64,000 nt of DNA from Escherichia coli O157:H7 (lineage in GTDB: Bacteria > Pseudomonadota > Gammaproteobacteria > Enterobacterales > Enterobacteriaceae). A model generated the notes under the pieces. That model had not been told where the DNA came from. It saw only the letters and a list, made by a program, of their open reading frames with translations, and made no database searches. A program made the translations under genes and the position numbers. The stretch is taken from the NCBI RefSeq assembly GCF_013167455.1, contig NZ_CP038328.1; one strand, given 5' to 3'. Below, in pieces: positions 61,372-64,000 of the stretch; the stretch's first letter is position 1, and each line of letters begins with the position of its first letter.

Positions 61372-62310
61372 TTAAGTCTCTGAGTTCTTACGCCGAACTA
61401 ATACTGGTAACGCTAGTTGCTCTTTTTTAAACGCCTCAATGGTCGATTTATATTTCTCGCAAATCTTTTCTTTGGTAATATCACTATCTGCGGCCAGATT
61501 CGCACTTACTATCGCATCCACTTGTTCGGCTAATTCGACTTGTTGGCAACCCGCATTAACCAGAAAATTATAAATAAGAGAGTAATCTTCATCCTCCAAG
61601 ACAACAGAGGAACCATTACGAAAACGTTCATCCCCTCCATAGATTTTAAGCGCAAAGCCCAAAGATTCTATGACTATGGCAAAATTATCATCAATTATTT
61701 TTTCGTAAATATACCATCCATCGCACTGTTTAATTCCACCTCCTGGCCCTTGTAGTTCAAATTTACCCCGTTTTAATTTGCTTACTATATCATCCAATAA
61801 AGCATAACCTAAAGACACGTCACCAATCGCCTGGTGAATATAACCTTTAATCCTTTTCGGTATGTCAGACTGTTTTTTCTGCAGAATATCCCAGGCATAC
61901 AATCGTCTGTTTTGTTCTAACGGAAATTCACGGTTCTTGAAATCCATGAATGAGTTATACTCATTTATTGTTATGGGGATTTCTTCGTATTCAAATCCAC
62001 TGCCTCGCAATGTCATTGTATATTCGGCACCGTTATCTTTAAGGCTGAAACTGATAAGAAACTTATCCATAGCGTTAACAGTTTCATTTTTTGATGAAAG
62101 CACCTGATAACTACTTTTATCAATCTGAGTTGCGCAACGAAAGAACTCCCTCAAAGTTAACAGGCTATCATAATTCGAAATCCAATCTTTTTTCTTAAAT
62201 GCATGATGGATGTTGTTAAAAAAATTGTTTGAATGTGTTTTTGTATACGAAGACTTTACAAATAACTCCACCGCACCAATAAAATTATTGTGTCTGATCC
62301 TGGGTAACAT
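61372..62310 (-). CDS. ytfI: Uncharacterised AT-rich protein YtfI
   Basis: 312-aa ORF, visibly AT-rich compared with neighbours; position between ytfJ and cysQ. Confidence 0.7.
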   Translation of the reverse strand: MLPRIRHNNFIGAVELFVKSSYTKTHSNNFFNNIHHAFKKKDWISNYDSLLTLREFFRCATQIDKSSYQVLSSKNETVNAMDKFLISFSLKDNGAEYTMTLRGSGFEYEEIPITINEYNSFMDFKNREFPLEQNRRLYAWDILQKKQSDIPKRIKGYIHQAIGDVSLGYALLDDIVSKLKRGKFELQGPGGGIKQCDGWYIYEKIIDDNFAIVIESLGFALKIYGGDERFRNGSSVVLEDEDYSLIYNFLVNAGCQQVELAEQVDAIVSANLAADSDITKEKICEKYKSTIEAFKKEQLALPVLVRRKNSET

Positions 62311-62521
62311 ATGACAACCTTATTTTATTTGGTTACTTTATATCGCCATTAAATATCTCACTATAGAAGTAAACTATCAAAAAACGCTCATTATTAAAAT
62401 GTAACTTATTAGCAATTGAATTTTTGCACTTTAAATACAATCTCTTTTTATTTATAACTTTTTAGGTTGGGAGAAATCAGGATGGCAGAATCAGGAAATA
62501 CACTGTTTCTGCCATCTGAAT

Positions 62522-63262
62522 TTAGTAAATAGACACTCTGAACCCCGGATTCAGGAACGACTCGCGCGGAGTGTAATCCAGCGGTTTACCCTGCCAGTCG
62601 TGAACGTGCGCTCCGGCAGCTGCAGCCACAGCATGTCCAGCGGCGGTGTCCCAAATATTCGTTGGTCCGAAACGCGGGTACAGCTGCGCCTGTCCTTCCG
62701 CCACCAGGCAGAACTTCAGCGAAGAGCCGATGGACGTGGTCTGATGTTCGCCAAGCTGTTGCAGATACTCTTTCAGCTCCGCATCCGCATGAGAGCGGCT
62801 GATCACCACCAGCGGCGGGCGCGCATCGCGGACCTGAATCTGCTTGCGCACGCCGCACTCTTCTTTCCAGGCCTTGCCTTCTGCCGCGCTGTACATTACG
62901 TTCATTACCGGCGCATACACCACACCTAAAATCGGTTTGCCATGGTCAATGAGCGCAATGTTAACGGTGAATTCGCCATTACGTTTAATAAACTCTTTCG
63001 TACCATCCAGCGGGTCTACCAGCCAGTAACGCTGCCAGTGCTGACGGACTTCCCAACCGGGAGGATCTTCTTCAGAAAGGACCGGAATATCCGGTGTCAG
63101 CGTACGTAAACCGTCCATGATAACGGTGTGAGCGGCAATATCCGCTGCCGTTACCGGAGAATTGTCCGCTTTGCTGACGACGTCCATCGGTTTCGCCCCG
63201 TCGTAGACCTGCATAATGGCATCGCCTGCATTCCGTGCAAGCTGGCATACTTGATCTAACAT
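62522..63262 (-). CDS. cysQ: 3'(2'),5'-bisphosphate nucleotidase
   Basis: 246-aa inositol-monophosphatase-family translation (DPLDGT motif). Confidence 0.9.
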   Translation of the reverse strand: MLDQVCQLARNAGDAIMQVYDGAKPMDVVSKADNSPVTAADIAAHTVIMDGLRTLTPDIPVLSEEDPPGWEVRQHWQRYWLVDPLDGTKEFIKRNGEFTVNIALIDHGKPILGVVYAPVMNVMYSAAEGKAWKEECGVRKQIQVRDARPPLVVISRSHADAELKEYLQQLGEHQTTSIGSSLKFCLVAEGQAQLYPRFGPTNIWDTAAGHAVAAAAGAHVHDWQGKPLDYTPRESFLNPGFRVSIY

Positions 63263-63451
63263 TTCTCCACCTCGTCTCTGTGAGCGGTGTTAACTTATTG
63301 TTTTACTTATACCCTATCATTAATGAATGCGCCAACTGTGATAGTGTCATCATTTTCAAAGCGTAAAATTGTGGCATTCTTCACTGTTCTATAAGTAAGA
63401 CGTTTATTCTCCCTTTTCTTTCGTATTCCCGATGATAAAAGGATGTCCCTG

Positions 63452-64000
63452 ATGATTAAGTTTAGCGCAACGCTCCTGGCCACGCTGATTGCCGCCAGTG
63501 TGAATGCAGCGACGGTCGATCTGCGTATCATGGAAACCACTGATCTGCATAGCAACATGATGGATTTCGATTATTACAAAGACACCGCCACGGAAAAATT
63601 CGGACTGGTACGTACGGCAAGCCTGATTAACAATGCCCGCAATGAAGTGAAAAACAGCGTACTGGTCGATAACGGCGATTTGATTCAGGGGAGTCCGCTG
63701 GCCGATTACATGTCGGCGAAAGGATTAAAAGCAGGTGATATTCACCCGGTCTATAAGGCATTAAATACGCTGGACTATACCGTCGGAACGCTTGGCAACC
63801 ACGAGTTTAACTACGGTCTGGATTACCTGAAAAATGCGCTGGCAGGAGCGAAATTCCCTTATGTAAATGCCAACGTCATTGACGCCAGAACCAAACAGCC
63901 AATGTTTACACCGTATTTAATTAAAGACACCGAAGTGGTCGATAAAGACGGAAAAAAACAGACGCTGAAGATTGGCTATATTGGCGTCGTGCCGCCGCAA
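63452..64000 (+). CDS. cpdB: 2',3'-cyclic-nucleotide 2'-phosphodiesterase / 3'-nucleotidase, N-terminal part (continues beyond window)
   Basis: Translation [42 protein letters not shown]... with signal peptide and metallophosphatase motifs; no stop before window end. Confidence 0.9.
   Translation, partial: MIKFSATLLATLIAASVNAATVDLRIMETTDLHSNMMDFDYYKDTATEKFGLVRTASLINNARNEVKNSVLVDNGDLIQGSPLADYMSAKGLKAGDIHPVYKALNTLDYTVGTLGNHEFNYGLDYLKNALAGAKFPYVNANVIDARTKQPMFTPYLIKDTEVVDKDGKKQTLKIGYIGVVPPQ

Overview
This window is an Escherichia coli chromosomal segment covering the cpdB-cysQ ... leuX region, in reverse orientation relative to the usual K-12 map. From about 8.5 kb to 64 kb it is conserved core genome: ahr, yjgR, lptGF, pepA, holC, valS, argI, pyrLBI, ridA, mgtA, treRBC, nrdDG, cybC, pmbA, mpl, fbp, the ytfQRT-yjfF transporter, ppa, chpSB, tamAB, msrA, cysQ and the start of cpdB, interspersed with REP/BIME repeats, terminators and known regulatory leaders. 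The left ~8.4 kb is an accessory island integrated at the 3' end of tRNA-Leu (leuX). It carries a long tyrosine integrase, an intact IS3-family (IS629-like) element, and a handful of poorly characterised genes: a DUF4160 gene, a NIPSNAP-like gene, a DUF1643 gene, a serine recombinase, and a 438-aa hypothetical protein preceded by a further ORF truncated by the window edge. It also contains a ~1 kb stretch with no ORF of 60 aa or more on either strand. The best candidates for an undescribed system are the 438-aa protein with its upstream partner (possible PD-(D/E)xK-type nuclease motif) and the ORF-free, hairpin-rich region; neither can be assigned to a named family from sequence reading alone. 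Gene names rest on recognising the translated products and the conserved E. coli gene order, not on a database search.
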